Below, one piece after another: positions 60,873 to 64,000 of a stretch of DNA of 64,000 bases. The notes below the pieces were generated by a model, which ran no database searches, had not been told where the DNA came from, and worked only from the letters and a program-made list of their open reading frames with translations. The translations under genes and the position numbers were made by a program. Source of the stretch: an uncultured Dehalococcoidia bacterium (GTDB lineage Bacteria; Chloroflexota; Dehalococcoidia; Lucifugimonadales; UBA3495); the NCBI GenBank assembly GCA_950072105.1, contig CATMOE010000009.1:1-64000 (forward strand), given 5' to 3'. Each line of letters opens with the position of its first letter. Position 1 is the stretch's first letter.

Positions 60873-62144
60873 ATGCTGAAAATAGGCCACGAGGTTGTAA
60901 GACCCGGAAAGTTCCGGAATGATGCCCCAGTAACCATTCCCGTCCCCGAAGAATTGGAGGGAGTACCCGGTATCCCCCTCAACTACCGCGAAGTCGATTG
61001 GTATGCCAAGGAATATCCCTTGGAGACCATGAACATTACGGAGCGAGCATCAAGGGACTGGGCCAACACGATTCGTGACGGCCACGTTGAGATGCGGGAG
61101 ATCCGGAAAGAGCACGACAAGCTCAACCGGCCCCTGATTATGGCGGCTCGCCTGACCGGCGACCAGGAACCCACGGCCGAGCCCACCGGCGAGGACGTAT
61201 CCGAAGCGATCAAGGCTAAGGCCAAGGATCTCGGCTTCTTAGAAGTCGGCATCACCGCCTACGACCATCGCTACACCTACCATAGCAAGAAGGACTGGGT
61301 AAAGTTCCCCAACGTTATCTGCTTGGCTTATGAGCAGGACTTCGAGCCTACCCAGACCATCCCCAGCGTAGACGCTGAGATTGTCCACTCCAGCACCTAC
61401 CGCACGGAAGGCGCTTCAGGACTGGAGCTGGGAAGGTTCATCAATTCCTTGGGTTATCGAGCCCAGGTTCACAGCCCCAATGACAACACCGGCCCCTACA
61501 TCCCCATGTTCGTGGAAGCCGGCCTGGGTCAGTTGGGCGCTTGCGGCTACCTGTTGACCCCCAATGAGGGTTCACGCTGCCGCATCATGCTGATCACCAC
61601 CGATGCCGAAGTGACCTACGACAAGCCCATCGACTACGGCATCCACGCTTTCTGCCAAGTCTGCCAGGTCTGCGTTAACCGCTGCCCCGGCCGCGCCTTG
61701 ATGCGTGACAAGATCTGGTGGCGGGGTCTGGAAAAGAACAAGTTGTACTTCAAGCGCTGCCGCCCTGTTATGGCCCGCTACCTGGGCTGCGGTATCTGCA
61801 TGAAGACTTGCCCCATCCAGAAGTACGGCCTGAAGAACGTCATGGAGCACTACGCCGATACCGGCCAGGTTCTAGGCAAGGGCACCCACGACCTCGAAGG
61901 TTACACCCTAGAGGGCAAGGGCTACTTCGGACCAGGCGAGCTCCCCGTCTTCGACCGCGGCTTCTTCGACATGCCCCACGGAGACACCGAAGAGTGGGCT
62001 TTCGAGCAGTTCAAGGAGAAGGCTAGGTCCGCCGGCGGCGTCATCACCGACGACTTGATCGAAGAGTTCAAGGCAGAGATGAACCGCGGTTTGGGCCAGA
62101 GCAGGGACAACCTAGAAATGATGGAAGAAGTGGACTACATCTAG
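60873..62144 (+). CDS. Reductive dehalogenase-like protein, copy 3
   Basis: Same motifs as copies 1 and 2; GGAGG RBS. Confidence 0.85.
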   Translation: MLKIGHEVVRPGKFRNDAPVTIPVPEELEGVPGIPLNYREVDWYAKEYPLETMNITERASRDWANTIRDGHVEMREIRKEHDKLNRPLIMAARLTGDQEPTAEPTGEDVSEAIKAKAKDLGFLEVGITAYDHRYTYHSKKDWVKFPNVICLAYEQDFEPTQTIPSVDAEIVHSSTYRTEGASGLELGRFINSLGYRAQVHSPNDNTGPYIPMFVEAGLGQLGACGYLLTPNEGSRCRIMLITTDAEVTYDKPIDYGIHAFCQVCQVCVNRCPGRALMRDKIWWRGLEKNKLYFKRCRPVMARYLGCGICMKTCPIQKYGLKNVMEHYADTGQVLGKGTHDLEGYTLEGKGYFGPGELPVFDRGFFDMPHGDTEEWAFEQFKEKARSAGGVITDDLIEEFKAEMNRGLGQSRDNLEMMEEVDYI

Positions 62145-62180
62145 ATCAGCCCCCATCTCCCATCAAAGGATAGCAACTGA

Positions 62181-62215
62181 GAGGCCCCACCCCGATCGAA
62201 TCGGGGCGGGGCCTC
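62181..62215. terminator. Hairpin after copy 3
   Basis: gaggccccaccccgat-cga-atcggggcggggcctc; fully paired with one G.U on the minus strand. Confidence 0.6.
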
Positions 62216-62236
62216 AAGCTTTGCCTAGCTAGTTTG

Positions 62237-62338
62237 CCCTCACTCCCGCCCCTCTCCCAGACGGCGAGGGGACTGGAGCATGGGGATCGTCGTCAGGAAC
62301 AAGAATGAGCCCCCTTTCGTAAAGGGGGTTGGGGGATT
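62237..62338. repeat. Cluster of REP-like palindromes
   Basis: ccctcactcccgccctctccc...gagggg (62237-62271) and cccccttt-cgt-aaagggggttgggggatt (62310-62338). Confidence 0.55.
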
Positions 62339-62501
62339 CCCCCCATATAGCATGGGGCCTATTCTGAAGCTACGGAAGTGGGACGGCGTGGGTTCTCAAC
62401 AAATCGAGGGGACCTGGATTAAGCGACACGGAAATCTACCTTCTGGTGGTGGGCTTGTTAATCGACGAAGCTAGGCGGTAGGAATTGTCTGAGCCGGAAT
62501 C

Positions 62502-63782
62502 TTAGAGTTGGAGACTATCCCCACCCCCCTCATGGACAGGTACGCCGGCCGCTCGGGGCTGAGTCGTCTTTAGGGCTTCAGCCAGACGGGCCAATTCCTG
62601 CCCGTACCCCTCTGAACTATCCGCCATTCCGCTCAGGTCAAAGACAACATTCTCACTGCTCAGTGTGCGGCCCAGGCGGCCTCTACCCTGGGTAAGGCTG
62701 CTGTCCGGAGCCACAAGATACAAAAGCCATCGGTCTTTAGTCTGTTGAAGCCCTTGGGCCGCTGTGATGTCGTCGCGCACCGCTTCCGTGTCCAGTCCCG
62801 CTTCAGAGCAAATCACCACCAATTTATCGTAGGCGCGAATCCAACGCTCTACCTCTTCTTGATCGGAAGTGCTGTGCCGTTCCACTAAAGCACTGCCTCG
62901 GACATCATCAGAGAACACCCAGCAGCGAATACCATGAGCTTGCAATCCGGCCTGCAGAGATTCAGCGAATGCGGCATCTTGGGCCGAACAGGAAATGAAA
63001 CAGTCACCCGGCGGCAACGGGGCGTCAAGAAGGCTCCGCTGGAACTCCACTATGGACTCGAGAGCGCCGGCGTTGCGTAAGAACAGGTCGCTTATCTTAC
63101 CCCCAGACCGGTACAGGGTGTCCAAGCCTATCGAGCTGGGCGCGTCGTGACGGACCTCGTCCATACCTTCGGCCACGCTGAAGTCGCAGTTTTGGAACAC
63201 GGTGTATCCAACGATGCTGCCGGCGAACTTAGTCTCCGACATTTCCACGTTGTTAAAGGTCGCCTCATAAAAATCGGCGCCCTGCAGAATCGCCCCAGTC
63301 AATATGGAACGGGTTAGCTGGGCCCGGTGCAGCACCGCTCCGGTGAGGTTGGCGTTGGTGAGGTTGGCGCCGGTCAGATTGACCCGAGACAGATTCGCGC
63401 CGGTCAGATTCGCGCCCGTCAGATTCGCATCTGACAGGACGGCCCGGTCCATATCAGCGTTGGATAGGTTTGCTTCTCTAAGGTTGGCTCCTCTAAGGTT
63501 AGCGCCGTTCATCAACGACCGGCTCAGATCGGCCTGTCTCAGGTCGGCCCGGTACATATGACAGGGATTCAGGTGGCACCCCGAGAGGTTTGCCCGGACC
63601 AAGATCGCCCCCATCAAGTCGGAGTCGCGTATGTCCGCTCCCCTAAGGTCCACCTGATGCAAACGGGCGTAGCTCAAATAGGCGGCATTAAGATCCAGAA
63701 CCTCGCCCACGTGCTCCTCTCGCCACTTAGCTACAGCGTCCCGGCCTTGCTTTACCAGTTGTACTTGCTCCATATCGGCCAT
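62502..63782 (-). CDS. Pentapeptide-repeat protein with a C-terminal TIR-like domain
   Basis: Long A(N/D)LxG repeat array, then CFISCSAQD..FA..L...L...GIRCW and I..YDKLVVICS motifs. Confidence 0.85.
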   Translation of the reverse strand: MADMEQVQLVKQGRDAVAKWREEHVGEVLDLNAAYLSYARLHQVDLRGADIRDSDLMGAILVRANLSGCHLNPCHMYRADLRQADLSRSLMNGANLRGANLREANLSNADMDRAVLSDANLTGANLTGANLSRVNLTGANLTNANLTGAVLHRAQLTRSILTGAILQGADFYEATFNNVEMSETKFAGSIVGYTVFQNCDFSVAEGMDEVRHDAPSSIGLDTLYRSGGKISDLFLRNAGALESIVEFQRSLLDAPLPPGDCFISCSAQDAAFAESLQAGLQAHGIRCWVFSDDVRGSALVERHSTSDQEEVERWIRAYDKLVVICSEAGLDTEAVRDDITAAQGLQQTKDRWLLYLVAPDSSLTQGRGRLGRTLSSENVVFDLSGMADSSEGYGQELARLAEALKTTQPRAAGVPVHEGGGDSLQL

Positions 63783-64000
63783 TACAGTTGCTCCACAAAC
63801 CAAACAAAACTTGAGAGCGTTTCCTCAACGGCTGGGCGAGGCGGACACCGAATTTCCCAGTCAACCGCCAGAGACATCAAACCGGAGGTCAGCTTCGACT
63901 CTACGCAGTGGGATTTTAGCACAAGGCAGAGATGTATGGGCTAACGGTTAGTCTCGATTATGGCCCTGCGGTGGCTCCCTTCCCCGATCTTCCGATCCCC

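Noticed and set aside
57586..62144. Organohalide respiration (classical rdhAB)
   Set aside because: No RRxFxK Tat leader and no small hydrophobic rdhB ORF in the gaps.

Overview
Bacterial chromosomal window, GC-rich by inspection. It most likely comes from a SAR202/Dehalococcoidia-type Chloroflexota; this is an inference from four luciferase-like monooxygenase paralogs, family-5 solute-binding lipoproteins with EV-rich stalks, a bacterial archaellin and small CxxC zinc-ribbon proteins. The window holds about 55 CDS, three tRNAs (Leu-GAG, Cys-GCA, Leu-TAA), an AbrB-VapC toxin-antitoxin pair, two Dpp/Opp-type ABC systems, a partial ebo cluster, several gene remnants and many intergenic hairpins. 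I saw no rRNA, CRISPR array, integrase or transposase. Highlights: (1) a stand-alone solute-binding-fold ORF with no signal peptide at 39405-40325, interrupted by one in-frame TGA followed by a SECIS-like hairpin, i.e. a candidate selenoprotein; (2) a second in-frame TGA at the first Cys position of the DUF3179 CPLC motif; (3) a tandem array of three cytoplasmic reductive-dehalogenase-like genes, each with its own promoter and 3' hairpin, whose Fe-S block is homogenised while other loops diverge; (4) an orphan archaellin; (5) recurrent 5-12 bp tandem micro-duplications that account for most frameshifts in the window. Family assignments come from motif recognition only; no database searches were run.
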